NCBI GenBank assembly: GCA_965217585.1
Contig: OZ244561.1
Coordinates: 6,400,001-6,464,000 of the forward strand
DNA from: Candidatus Latescibacterota bacterium
GTDB lineage: Bacteria; Latescibacterota; UBA2968; UBA8231
Reading direction: 5' to 3'
DNA length: 64,000 nucleotides
Part shown: positions 18,750 to 28,017 of the stretch, one piece after another
Layout of the letters: the number at the start of each line of letters is the position of its first letter
Numbering within the stretch: the stretch's first letter is position 1
Program-made: the position numbers and the translations under genes
The notes under the pieces: generated by a model
Told to the model about the DNA's origin: nothing
Database searches by the model: none
The model's input: only the letters and a program-made list of their open reading frames with translations

Positions 18750-19274
18750 TCACAACTCGGCCCAGAGCCGCTCGGCCTGCTGCCGGAATTCGGCTTGGGT
18801 AATTTTGCCTTGTTTGAGCGCGGTTTCGAGGTCGCGCAAGCGGCGGCGTGGCCCCCCTCCCCCTTTAAGATCCAGCCGTATTTGGGACCAGATGTGCCAC
18901 CCCCCCACGCCGAGCAACAAGGCGATAAAGACCGCACCACCCCACCACGAATCATCTTGCTCTTGGCGCACCACTCCCCCCTTTTGTCGCCAATCTTCGG
19001 CCACGGCTGGGTCGGGCTCGGCTAGTGCGATCCGCTTGGCCATCGTCGTGCCGTTGGTCCCTTGGACGCGCACGGCCCTTTTGAGCTGCCAAGTAAATCC
19101 CCGGGGTTGCACGATTAAATGCTCGATGAGATCGGCCTCTCTTATCTGATCGAACTGCTCCTTGGTAACCGGCACAGCCATAGGACTGAGCAAGTTGAAC
19201 AGCAACACGATCGCCAACAAGAAAGATGCTAACGAAAGAGCGAAGTACGTGGGTGGTGTGGATGGTTTGTCCAT
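18750..19274 (-). CDS. Two-TM membrane protein: FtsH-N-terminus-like region plus C-terminal SHOCT-like helix
   Basis: TM1, VTKEQF loop, SWW-TM2, GGGG, then LRDLETALKQGKITQAEF. Confidence 0.6.
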   Translation of the reverse strand: MDKPSTPPTYFALSLASFLLAIVLLFNLLSPMAVPVTKEQFDQIREADLIEHLIVQPRGFTWQLKRAVRVQGTNGTTMAKRIALAEPDPAVAEDWRQKGGVVRQEQDDSWWGGAVFIALLLGVGGWHIWSQIRLDLKGGGGPRRRLRDLETALKQGKITQAEFRQQAERLWAEL

Positions 19275-19291
19275 ATGTTTCTTTTATTTTT

Positions 19292-19319
19292 TATTTACAT
19301 ATTATATTTTATAAGACAT
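19292..19319 (-). repeat. dif-like 11-6-11 site, copy 3
   Basis: Minus strand ATGTCTTATAA-AATATA-ATATGTAAATA. Confidence 0.7.
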
Positions 19320-19320
19320 T

Positions 19321-20121
19321 TTATTTTGATTGTCTGCGGTTCAAGACCGCGTCTTGTCTTGCCGACGTACGCATCCATTCCAAGAGACGATAGCTTTCGG
19401 CCACCTCTCCCAAACCCAACAGCGGCTGGGCACGCCCTTGGATACAGGCGACGAAATTGCGATAGTACGCCGCCAGATCGTCCGCTTTCCATACCCAAGG
19501 CCAAGACGTATCGACTATTTCGTCCTGTGCATACGAGCGGATCCGCAAAGCCGGGGCCACAGCCGGAAAGTCGAGGAGCGCAATCGAGCCTTCGACGCCA
19601 TTGCGCATCCTCAGCAGGGCGACCGACACGTCCTCCATGCGCCCGTGATGAAAAAAGTTGCGCATCCTGCTGTACAGCACATCTACCGACCCCCAAGTGC
19701 TCAGTAGCAGGTCGCATACGTCCAAGGCCGCTTGATTGCAGATCGTCTCGCGATCAATAGGATCGAATAAAGCCGAATCAAAAGAAAGTTCCAAGGAGTA
19801 ATGCGCTACACCCTGCTGGGCGGCCAGAGCCGTGCAAAAGTGCGTATGTCTCCCTAAGGACAGCGCACACGCATTGGGATGGCTATTTGCAAACGGCTCC
19901 TGTACGGGATGGGTCGCCATAACGTGCAGACCGGCCGCCACGGCCACGCCCATCCAATGCGATTTATCGTCCACGTGTAACAGCACCAGCCCATCTATTT
20001 TTTGTTCCAAGATCGCGGCGCAGTCGGCTTGGTGTACGAGCTGGATATCGCGGCAGTTCCGCAAGGCATCCCGATGGGCGGCCACCTCGCGGGCATGGCC
20101 TGCCACGCCGAGCGTCATCAT
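19321..20121 (-). CDS. Degenerate Gfo/Idh/MocA-family oxidoreductase-like protein
   Basis: AGLHVMATHPV (canonical AGKHVLCEKP), EDVSVALLRMRNGVEGSI, NFVACI; ATGA-coupled to hprK. Confidence 0.6.
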   Translation of the reverse strand: MMTLGVAGHAREVAAHRDALRNCRDIQLVHQADCAAILEQKIDGLVLLHVDDKSHWMGVAVAAGLHVMATHPVQEPFANSHPNACALSLGRHTHFCTALAAQQGVAHYSLELSFDSALFDPIDRETICNQAALDVCDLLLSTWGSVDVLYSRMRNFFHHGRMEDVSVALLRMRNGVEGSIALLDFPAVAPALRIRSYAQDEIVDTSWPWVWKADDLAAYYRNFVACIQGRAQPLLGLGEVAESYRLLEWMRTSARQDAVLNRRQSK

Positions 20122-21059
20122 GGTTTCTTGCTCGCCTTAATCCGCTCGCGGAGCCGCTCGCTAAACGCATGTGCCGCGTATTCCCCATCCAAGCGCAAGA
20201 GATAATCCATCGCTATGGTCTCGGCGAGTACCGTGATATTTTTGCCGGGAAACAGCGGTATGAAGACCTCGGGCACCTCGACACCGAGGATTACCACCTT
20301 GTTGTCTTCGAAGCCAAGGCGTTCGTAGGCATATTTTTCGTCCCAATCGACTAGGTTGACCAATACCTCCACCCGCTTCTGCCGCCGCGTCCCCCACACG
20401 CCGAACATCTTTTTTACGTCTAGGATGCCGATGCCGCGAATTTCGATGTGATCTTGGAGCATCTCCGAGCTACGCCCCACCAAAATGCCTTGGGGCTTGC
20501 GATTGATGATGACCATATCGTCGGCCACTAACCGATGCCTGCGCTCGACCAAATCCAAGGCGACCTCGCTTTTGCCAATGCCGCTGCGACCGCGAAAGAG
20601 CAGCCCTACCCCAGAGACATCGACTAGCGTTCCATGCATGGACACTTGGGGTGAGAACACCTCGTCGAGGTAATAGCGGAGGAGATGGGTAAATTCGGCC
20701 GTATTGAATCCAGACTTCAAAAGCGGAACCGCGCACTCATCGGCTAGCTGCCGTAGCTCGGAGTGTATGCGCCCCCGACCGGTCAACACCACGCATGGAA
20801 TATCGAATTGATACATGATTTTGAGGGCTTGTCGCCGTCGGTCTGGGGACAGACTGCGCAGGTACTCCATTTCGGTATTGCCCAAGAGCTGCACTTGATC
20901 CAAGGTAAACAGCTCGACGAAGCCCGTCAGAGCCAAGCCGGGGCGATGGATGTCGCTGTTGTTGATGGTCCGCTGTAGCCCCTCGGTGCCGGCGATGAGC
21001 TTCAGCCGTAGTTGCTGCCCGTAGGTCGCTAGTAGATCCTTGATGGCCAGTTCACTCAT
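20118..21059 (-). CDS. hprK: HPr kinase/phosphorylase
   Basis: HRPGLALTG, HGTLVDV, GRSGIGKSE, RLVADD, IEIRGIGI. Confidence 0.95.
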   Translation of the reverse strand: MSELAIKDLLATYGQQLRLKLIAGTEGLQRTINNSDIHRPGLALTGFVELFTLDQVQLLGNTEMEYLRSLSPDRRRQALKIMYQFDIPCVVLTGRGRIHSELRQLADECAVPLLKSGFNTAEFTHLLRYYLDEVFSPQVSMHGTLVDVSGVGLLFRGRSGIGKSEVALDLVERRHRLVADDMVIINRKPQGILVGRSSEMLQDHIEIRGIGILDVKKMFGVWGTRRQKRVEVLVNLVDWDEKYAYERLGFEDNKVVILGVEVPEVFIPLFPGKNITVLAETIAMDYLLRLDGEYAAHAFSERLRERIKASKKP

Positions 21060-21957
21060 CGTTACTCAAGCTTTCGAAGATGCGCCGGTACCCTTCGTAG
21101 CGCACCGATGCCACACGACCGGCAGCCACAGCCGCGCGAACCGCGCAACCGGGTTCGTGCAAGTGGCTGCAATCGCCGAATTGACACTGGCCACGCAGGG
21201 GTTCTAGCTCGGGGTAATACGCCGCTAGCTCAGCGGGTTTTACCCCCCACAAGCGGAGCTCTTTAACCCCTGGTGTATCAGCCACATAGCCGCCTTGTTG
21301 CAACTTGAACAAATGCACGACCGTGGTTGTGTGCCGACCCCGGTTGTGGCGCTTCATTATTTCCTTTGTCTTGAGTCCCAATCCCGGTTCGATGCCGTTG
21401 AGCAAGGTCGATTTGCCGACCCCAGACTGGCCGACCACGGCCGTGCTGCGATTGATCAGGGCTTCTTTGAACGCGCCCATGCCGTCGCCTCGTAGAGCAC
21501 TGGTGCGATAGATTGGATAACCGAGGACTTCGTAAGGCGAGGTCAGGGTGCCCACGGCCGCTGGGGAGACTAAATCGACCTTATTGATGCAGATCACGGG
21601 CTGGAGATTCCCCTTGATCGCCATGACAATCGCTCGGTCGATAAAGCCGCGGCGGGGGCTTGGTTGGCAAGCGGCCACGACGACGACCAATTGCTCCATA
21701 TTGACAAAGAGGATCTGCTCAAATGGGCGTGTCCCACTGGCTCCACGCGAGAACTTGGAAGATCGGGGATGCACCGCTTCGATGACGCCCGTCCGTTCGG
21801 CCGTAGGCACCACCTCGACCCAGTCGCCGGCGACAACCGGGGAGCTGGTCTTGCGGCACCCGGCCTTGAGACGGCCCCGAATCTCGCATTGCCAGTGGCT
21901 TCGCCCGACCTCGACGAGGCACCGTAGCCCAGAAACTCTGATGATGCGGCCCTGCAT
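21052..21957 (-). CDS. rsgA: Ribosome small subunit-dependent GTPase A
   Basis: NKVD, GQSGVGKS, GRHTT, DTPG, C-x4-C-x-H-x5-C zinc site. Confidence 0.96.
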   Translation of the reverse strand: MQGRIIRVSGLRCLVEVGRSHWQCEIRGRLKAGCRKTSSPVVAGDWVEVVPTAERTGVIEAVHPRSSKFSRGASGTRPFEQILFVNMEQLVVVVAACQPSPRRGFIDRAIVMAIKGNLQPVICINKVDLVSPAAVGTLTSPYEVLGYPIYRTSALRGDGMGAFKEALINRSTAVVGQSGVGKSTLLNGIEPGLGLKTKEIMKRHNRGRHTTTVVHLFKLQQGGYVADTPGVKELRLWGVKPAELAAYYPELEPLRGQCQFGDCSHLHEPGCAVRAAVAAGRVASVRYEGYRRIFESLSNDE

Positions 21958-21973
21958 GCGCGCCCGCCCCTGC

Positions 21974-22696
21974 CTACTCCCCTTTAGCGAGGCGCTCGGC
22001 TAGGTAGTTGGGGTAGCCGAGGTTGTCGATCTTCTGTTGGGTCAGCTTGACTGGGTATTCGACGCGCTGGAGTTCGATCCATTGTTCGTCGGTATCCCAC
22101 AGGGTGTACGCCGACCGCCAGTCGCCATCGCGGGGTTGGCCGACGCTGCCGACGGAGACCAAGTATTGATGATCCCCTATGGCGGCCGTGGCCGAGGTCA
22201 GGGGCATGGGCTTGTCGCGCATCTTGCAGTAAATGCGCGCTTCGTGGGTGTGGCCGACAAAAGCCAATGGCCATTTGAGGTGGCTCATGCACCAAGTGAC
22301 GCGATCGTACATGAGTAGGGGCTCCCATTCTTCGGGTTTGAGGGGATTGGCATGGGACAACGCCGCATTGCCCTCCACGCGCCGAAAGACCCCTTGCCGC
22401 AAAAAGTCGCGTTCTTCCTCCCCGAATACCTCACATGCTTGGTAGAGCGAGGGACGAGCCAGCAGGTTAAAAGACTGGATGCGCACCGGCTCCAATACAG
22501 CTTGGTCGTGATTGCCCAATACGATCTGTGCCTCTACCTCCTTGAGGCGATAGAGGCAGCCCAAAGGATCGGGACCGTACCCCACGATGTCCCCCAAGCA
22601 GATAATGCGCTCGGCACCGGCGTTGGCCGCAGCGATCAATACGGCCTCTAGCGCTTCGAGATTGGCGTGGATATCGGCGAGCACTGCGATCTTCAA
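21974..22696 (-). CDS. Calcineurin-like metallophosphoesterase
   Basis: DIHAN, GDIVGYG, GNHD, GHTH, GSVGQPRDGD. Confidence 0.92.
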   Translation of the reverse strand: MKIAVLADIHANLEALEAVLIAAANAGAERIICLGDIVGYGPDPLGCLYRLKEVEAQIVLGNHDQAVLEPVRIQSFNLLARPSLYQACEVFGEEERDFLRQGVFRRVEGNAALSHANPLKPEEWEPLLMYDRVTWCMSHLKWPLAFVGHTHEARIYCKMRDKPMPLTSATAAIGDHQYLVSVGSVGQPRDGDWRSAYTLWDTDEQWIELQRVEYPVKLTQQKIDNLGYPNYLAERLAKGE

Positions 22697-22707
22697 AGGG
22701 CCCCGCC

Positions 22708-23631
22708 TCAGTTGAATAGTGCGCTAATGGAGGTTTCTTCGTGGATAGCGCGTATGGCGCTGGCAAAGAGAGAAGCCACAGAGCACACCTGCATCATGGG
22801 TGCGCGGGCGTCCGCCGGCAAGGGAATCGTATCGGTGATGGCGAGGGCTTGGAGGCTGGATTGATCCAGCCGCGCTATCGTCTCCTTGGTTAAGGTGCCG
22901 TGGACGCAACCAGCGTAGATTTTGCGTGCCCCGCGCTCCTTGACGGCGGCGGCGCCCTTGAGGATGGAAGTGCCGGTAATGATCGCGTCGTCGAAGAATA
23001 CGACATCGCGGTCGGCTACATCGCCAATAACCCTGTTTTCCCCGGCGCCCTGATCAACCACGACGAGGGGCAACCCCAACCGCTGGGCATAGGTCTCGGT
23101 GACCTTGGCGCGGCTGATGTCTGGCGCGGCCGCGACCAAGTTGTCTCGGTCGAGGTCGGCGTAATAAGCGCATATCGCCGGGACGCCACTCAGTTGGTCC
23201 ACTAGGATCCGGCTAAAGCCCATAGTCTGCGGGCTGTGTAAGGTCATGGTGAGAATGCGGTCCGCCCCGGCTTCGGCGATCAGATCTGCCACCAAGCGGC
23301 CGGCCACGGAAATCCTCGGCTCGTCCTTGCTGTCGGCCAGAGCATACGGATAGTACGGCAAGACGGCGGTGATGCGGCCAGCCGAGGCGTATTTTAGGGC
23401 GTCGAGGGCTATGAGTAGCTCCATCAAGTAGTCGCTAACGGGCGGACACGAGGTTTGAATAAAGAACACATCGCGGCCGCGCACGTTTTCACAGATCTTT
23501 ACCTTTATATTTTCGTTGCTAAAGTCGATAAACTCGATGCGCCCTGGCTCAATGGCCAGCGACTGGTAAATGCCCTTAGCCAATGTGGGATTGCTCCGCC
23601 CGGCGAAAACCTTGAGATCCGTACTACCCAT
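22708..23631 (-). CDS. Ribose-phosphate pyrophosphokinase paralogue with degenerate active site
   Basis: PRPS fold (ENVRGRDVF, RITAVLPYYPY) but lacks YARQD Arg and the DKRR loop. Confidence 0.85.
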   Translation of the reverse strand: MGSTDLKVFAGRSNPTLAKGIYQSLAIEPGRIEFIDFSNENIKVKICENVRGRDVFFIQTSCPPVSDYLMELLIALDALKYASAGRITAVLPYYPYALADSKDEPRISVAGRLVADLIAEAGADRILTMTLHSPQTMGFSRILVDQLSGVPAICAYYADLDRDNLVAAAPDISRAKVTETYAQRLGLPLVVVDQGAGENRVIGDVADRDVVFFDDAIITGTSILKGAAAVKERGARKIYAGCVHGTLTKETIARLDQSSLQALAITDTIPLPADARAPMMQVCSVASLFASAIRAIHEETSISALFN

Positions 23632-23642
23632 CAATAGGCCCC

Positions 23643-24311
23643 TTAGAACATGGCTAGTGCGGCGCGGGCTTGAGCGGCAATCGGGTACTGGGTGAACGTG
23701 CGACTGACCTCTTTGAGTAGGGCCTGTTGCTTGTCGCTCTCGCCGGCCAACCCATATATGCGAGCTGCTTCCATCCGCGCCATGGCCTCGCGGATGGTAC
23801 CCGCTTGTTGGGCCGCATAGGATTCGTAGTGCTGGGCCGCGGCCAAGAACTGCCCTTCGGCTTCGAGACAGGCACCAAGACCGCTCTGGGCCGCGTAGGC
23901 CAGGACATCCAAAGGCTCGTAGTTGTCCAAATAGCTCTGGTAGTAGCCCCGGGCCTCGACATAGCGGCCCTGTGCGTAGTGGAGATTGGCCAAGAGCACG
24001 ACCCCTTGGGCTGCGGCCGGGGTCCCGGCATAAGAGGACACTAGCTCTTCGGCCAAGCGGATTGCCTCGGTCGGCTCTCCGCCCTGCTCGACCATCAGCA
24101 CATCGCCGAGTAGGGCCGCAGCTTTGAGCCTATTAGCCTCTTTGGACTCGATAAAATAATTGATGGCCATAATGACCACTATCACTGCGACGACCCCACC
24201 GCCAAAGAGATTGGCGCGCTCTTTGACGTACTCGACTGCCTGCATGATCCATTCGACGAACTCGTCTTCGCGGAGTTCGCTCTTGCTCAGTTTACGGCGT
24301 TCACTCGACAT
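23643..24311 (-). CDS. YfgM-like single-TM TPR protein
   Basis: ELREDEF N-terminus, one TM, helical TPR-like repeats. Confidence 0.75.
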   Translation of the reverse strand: MSSERRKLSKSELREDEFVEWIMQAVEYVKERANLFGGGVVAVIVVIMAINYFIESKEANRLKAAALLGDVLMVEQGGEPTEAIRLAEELVSSYAGTPAAAQGVVLLANLHYAQGRYVEARGYYQSYLDNYEPLDVLAYAAQSGLGACLEAEGQFLAAAQHYESYAAQQAGTIREAMARMEAARIYGLAGESDKQQALLKEVSRTFTQYPIAAQARAALAMF

Positions 24312-24347
24312 GAAGGTATGGCGTCTCCATCGTTTTGGGTTCTGGTT

Positions 24348-24860
24348 TCAATAGACGATAGCGCTTTCCAATTTGTACCCGTGCAAGAGGTCGCGGCCCG
24401 ACAGAAAGCTCAACTCAGCCAAAACGCTGATGCCTGAGATAACAGCCCCTAGTTTTTCGAGCACTTGACACGTCGCCGCCAAGGTCCCACCGGTGGCCAA
24501 AACATCATCCACGACCAATACCTTTTGCCCCGGTGCGATGGCATCGGTGTGTATTTCTAAGGCCGTCTCACCGTATTCGAGCGCGAAGTCGCGGCGCAGC
24601 GTGGCCGCCGGTAGCTTACCCGGCTTGCGCACCGGCACAAAACCGCATCCCAATTCGAGTGCTATCGGCGTCGCGAACACAAATCCGCGGGCCTCTATAC
24701 CGGCTACTAAGTCCACTTCGGCGTCCGCAAAGGGTTCGAGCATGATTTGGACCGCGGCCGATAAACCAGCGGGGTCTTTGAGCAGCGGCGTGATGTCTTT
24801 GTATAAGACACCGTCTTGCGGGAAATTGGGGATTTCGCGGATTAGGTCTTTTAGGTTCAT
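24348..24860 (-). CDS. apt: Adenine phosphoribosyltransferase
   Basis: GIEARGF, RKPGKLP, LEYG, VVDDVLATGGT. Confidence 0.96.
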   Translation of the reverse strand: MNLKDLIREIPNFPQDGVLYKDITPLLKDPAGLSAAVQIMLEPFADAEVDLVAGIEARGFVFATPIALELGCGFVPVRKPGKLPAATLRRDFALEYGETALEIHTDAIAPGQKVLVVDDVLATGGTLAATCQVLEKLGAVISGISVLAELSFLSGRDLLHGYKLESAIVY

Positions 24861-24886
24861 TTTACATATTATATTTTATGAGTCTT
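24859..24886 (-). repeat. dif-like 11-6-11 site, copy 4
   Basis: Minus strand AAGACTCATAA-AATATA-ATATGTAAAAT; same spacer as copy 3, 19 contiguous bp identical; overlaps apt ATG. Confidence 0.6.
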
Positions 24887-25049
24887 AAAACAGCGCATAA
24901 ATAAAGGGGGCCACGGCCGACCCTTGGGTTGTGACAATTAACAGCCCTAACAGAATCAAAGTAGCGAATATCGGCCCCAACCACCACTTTTTGCGAACCT
25001 TCATAAAATCCCATAACTCAGAGAAAATACTCAATTTACTTGGCATTAC

Positions 25050-26000
25050 CTAGCCCTCCCACTCAATCAAGCGGCTCACTGATTCGCCGTGGTGAATGGC
25101 TTTGATCGCATCCCCCAACAACCGGGCGACGCTCAACACGGCGATTTTGCGCCTCGGCTTGCCCGTGGGTAAGGGAATGGTATTCGTGGTGGCGAACGCC
25201 TCCACCGAGGAAGCATCGATCCTCTCTAGGGCGTGCCCGGAAAAAACGCCGTGCGTACAGCCGGCCAGTATTCGGCGCGCGCCCTTTTCTTTGAGGACCC
25301 GTATCGACTCCATCATGGACCCCCCTGTCAGCACCTCTTCGTCGAAGAGCAAGGCGTCGCGGCCTTCGACCTCGCCGATCATGTTTTTGATTTCGGCCTT
25401 TTCGTCGTCCGCGTGGCGGCGCTTGTCCATAATGGCCAGCGGCAAGCCGAGCCGGCGCGCATACGCGCTGGCTTCATCGGCACCCCCCACGTCGGGCGAC
25501 ACCACCACGGCGTTGCTGAGATCTTTCATCCGCATAAAATTGCACAGCAGGCTCGTAGCCCACAGTTGGTCAACCGGAATGCGTGAGAACGCCACGATTT
25601 GCGGGCTGTGCAAGGTAATGGTCAAGATCCGGTCGGCCCCGGCCGCTTGGAGTAAGTCGGCGACGAGGCGGGCGCTAATAGAAATGCGGGGTTCGTCCTT
25701 TTTGTCGGCGCGCACATAAGGATAATAGGGTAGTACGGCCGTAATCCGGCGCGACGACGCGTACTTAAGTGCGTCGATTAGCAGCAGGAGTTCAACAAAA
25801 TGATGGTTGACCGGGGATGCTGACGTCTGGATGACGAAGACGTCGTCTTCGCGCACGTTTTCCTCAATTTTAACCTTTATATTGTCGTTGGGCTCGCGGA
25901 CGATCTGGCGGCGAGTGGGCACAATGGCCAAGTAATCACATATTTCCTGGGCCAGTTCTGGATTGCTCGAACCCGACAATATTTTCAGGTGATTTTTCAT
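25050..26000 (-). CDS. prs: Ribose-phosphate pyrophosphokinase
   Basis: YVRADKK, SPDVGG, MDKRR, FDEEVLTGGS, THGVFS. Confidence 0.92.
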   Translation of the reverse strand: MKNHLKILSGSSNPELAQEICDYLAIVPTRRQIVREPNDNIKVKIEENVREDDVFVIQTSASPVNHHFVELLLLIDALKYASSRRITAVLPYYPYVRADKKDEPRISISARLVADLLQAAGADRILTITLHSPQIVAFSRIPVDQLWATSLLCNFMRMKDLSNAVVVSPDVGGADEASAYARRLGLPLAIMDKRRHADDEKAEIKNMIGEVEGRDALLFDEEVLTGGSMMESIRVLKEKGARRILAGCTHGVFSGHALERIDASSVEAFATTNTIPLPTGKPRRKIAVLSVARLLGDAIKAIHHGESVSRLIEWEG

Positions 26001-26129
26001 GCTCTAATCCCAATTGTAACATTAAAGACCGGCCCAAACTAAGGCAAGAGGGCCGCCTTGACAGCCTGTTGGTCCAAAACTAACTTGGCGACTTTACGCC
26101 CGCTTGTCAGACGTAACGAAAGGGGCTTT

Positions 26130-26387
26130 ATGGCGCGCGTAAATATCATGCTGCCGGACGATCTGCTCGAACGCATCGATCAAGTTGCGCAGCAGGAGGG
26201 TGTAAGCCGCAGCAAACTCCTGCGTTTGGCCTTTATGGCGTACTGCCAACAAAGGGAAGCAACATACGAGTCCCAGCAGAAACAGGCGGCTATCGAACAC
26301 GGAATGACGCTCCAAGACAGTCTGCGCCAAAAGGCACTGCCTTGGGATCCGCTCAAGATACTGCGCACGGAACGGCAAGCGCGGTGA
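26130..26387 (+). CDS. Ribbon-helix-helix (CopG) antitoxin, VapB-like
   Basis: MARVNIMLPDDLLERIDQVAQQEGVSRSKLLR; GTGA overlap with PIN gene. Confidence 0.85.
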   Translation: MARVNIMLPDDLLERIDQVAQQEGVSRSKLLRLAFMAYCQQREATYESQQKQAAIEHGMTLQDSLRQKALPWDPLKILRTERQAR

Positions 26388-26812
26388 TCCGCTACGCGCT
26401 AGATACCTCCGTTATGCTGAGGTGGTTTTCTCCAGTGCACGAGGTGGATTCCCACAAGGCCCTTGGACTTCGCCAAGAGCAGCTAGCGGAAAGGGTCGAG
26501 CTAACCGTGCTCGACCAATCTATATACGAGCTAGCCCATGTCCTCAAGGAAAGCCAGCAATTCGAGCGGACCCATATAGACGACGCCTTGGCCAGCTTGG
26601 AGTACATGCACTTGGATATCGTGCCCTACAACCCCGAAATTACCCGCAAAGCCACGCAAATCGCCTTTGAGCATTCCATCAGCATGTACGCCGCCGGTTT
26701 CATTGCCTTAGGTGCCCATCTCCGCTGCCAAGCCGTGACCAGCGACAGCGACCTGTACCGCAAAGTCGCTTCCCTGCCTTGGACCGTGCTTTTGGCCGAC
26801 TTGAACTTCTGA
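26384..26812 (+). CDS. PIN-domain VapC-like toxin
   Basis: ALDTSVMLRWF, YELAHV, VTSDSDL. Confidence 0.85.
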   Translation: MIRYALDTSVMLRWFSPVHEVDSHKALGLRQEQLAERVELTVLDQSIYELAHVLKESQQFERTHIDDALASLEYMHLDIVPYNPEITRKATQIAFEHSISMYAAGFIALGAHLRCQAVTSDSDLYRKVASLPWTVLLADLNF

Positions 26813-26816
26813 TCCC

Positions 26817-28004
26817 TTAGACCTCCGCAAGCGCCCTCTCTATATCGCCGACGAGCTCAGCGGCGTCCTCGATGCCCACTGCATAGCGCACCAATTGGTC
26901 GGTGATGCCGATGGCCAGCCGCTCCCTCCGGCTCAAATCGTAATAGGAAACGGTCGCCGGATGCGAGACCAGCGTCTCCACCCCCCCTAAACTCGGCGCG
27001 ATATAAGGCACGGCTAGACGATGGACAAAATTCCGCGTCTGCTCGAGGGTGCCGTCGATGTCAAAGCTGATCAGCCCGCCAAAACCGCGCATTTGCTCTT
27101 TGGCGACGCGGTGATCGACGTGGCTTTCGAGGCCCGGGTAAAAGACCTGGCGAACCTTGGGATGAGCTGCTAGGAACCGGGCTACCGTCAGGGCTGTATC
27201 GTTTTGCCGCAGAACACGTAATGCGAGTGTCTTTAATCCTCGGATCAATAAATACGAGGTATTGGGGTCAACGATCCCGCCGGTGATTCGTTGGTATTCG
27301 CCAATGGCCTCGACTAAAGGAGCCTTGCCGCAGACTACACCCGCCATCAGATCGTTGTGCCCGCCGAGGTATTTGGTGGCACTGTGGATGACCAGATCAA
27401 CCCCGAAATCGAGCGGCCTTTGATTAACCGGCGTAGCCAAGGTGCTGTCGATGAGAACCTTGAGACGTCGCTGTTTGGCAAAAGCGACGAGCTGTTCCAA
27501 GTCGAGGACGTGCAGGTGGGGATTGGTCGGGGACTCAGTAAAGAGCAAGCGGGTCTCCGGGCGCACCGCAGCCGCCAACGCATCCATATCACCGGGTTTA
27601 ACTAGGGTGGATTCAATACCGAATCTGGCCAAGACCTCGCAGAACTTGGCCGTCATGCGATAGCAGTCTTCCATGAGCACCAAGTGTTGCCCACTGCGCA
27701 GCATCGCATAGAGCACCGAGGTAATCGCGCTCATGCCCGACGGAAAGAGCAAGGCGGCTTCGGCATTTTCCAAGGCGGCTATTCTGCGTTCGGCTGCTCG
27801 CTGGGTCGGATTGCCATAGCGCCCGTATTCATAGAGCGATTTTTCTCCCGCCTTAAAGGCGGCAAATTCATCTAGATCGGCAAAAGTATAGGTGGCCGTC
27901 TGGGCAATGGGGTCGATGAGGGACTGGGCAAACTTATCTCGTTCCACTCCCCCGTGTACGGAACGGGTCGATTCGCCTGCAAAACCATCGTCGGTGCGGT
28001 TCAT
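26817..28004 (-). CDS. metB: Cystathionine gamma-synthase (plant-like)
   Basis: YGRYGNPT, SGMSAI, ESPTNP, HSATKYLGGHND, APSLGGVE, VRYAVGIED. Confidence 0.85.
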   Translation of the reverse strand: MNRTDDGFAGESTRSVHGGVERDKFAQSLIDPIAQTATYTFADLDEFAAFKAGEKSLYEYGRYGNPTQRAAERRIAALENAEAALLFPSGMSAITSVLYAMLRSGQHLVLMEDCYRMTAKFCEVLARFGIESTLVKPGDMDALAAAVRPETRLLFTESPTNPHLHVLDLEQLVAFAKQRRLKVLIDSTLATPVNQRPLDFGVDLVIHSATKYLGGHNDLMAGVVCGKAPLVEAIGEYQRITGGIVDPNTSYLLIRGLKTLALRVLRQNDTALTVARFLAAHPKVRQVFYPGLESHVDHRVAKEQMRGFGGLISFDIDGTLEQTRNFVHRLAVPYIAPSLGGVETLVSHPATVSYYDLSRRERLAIGITDQLVRYAVGIEDAAELVGDIERALAEV

Positions 28005-28017
28005 TGTGTTTGCTCTT

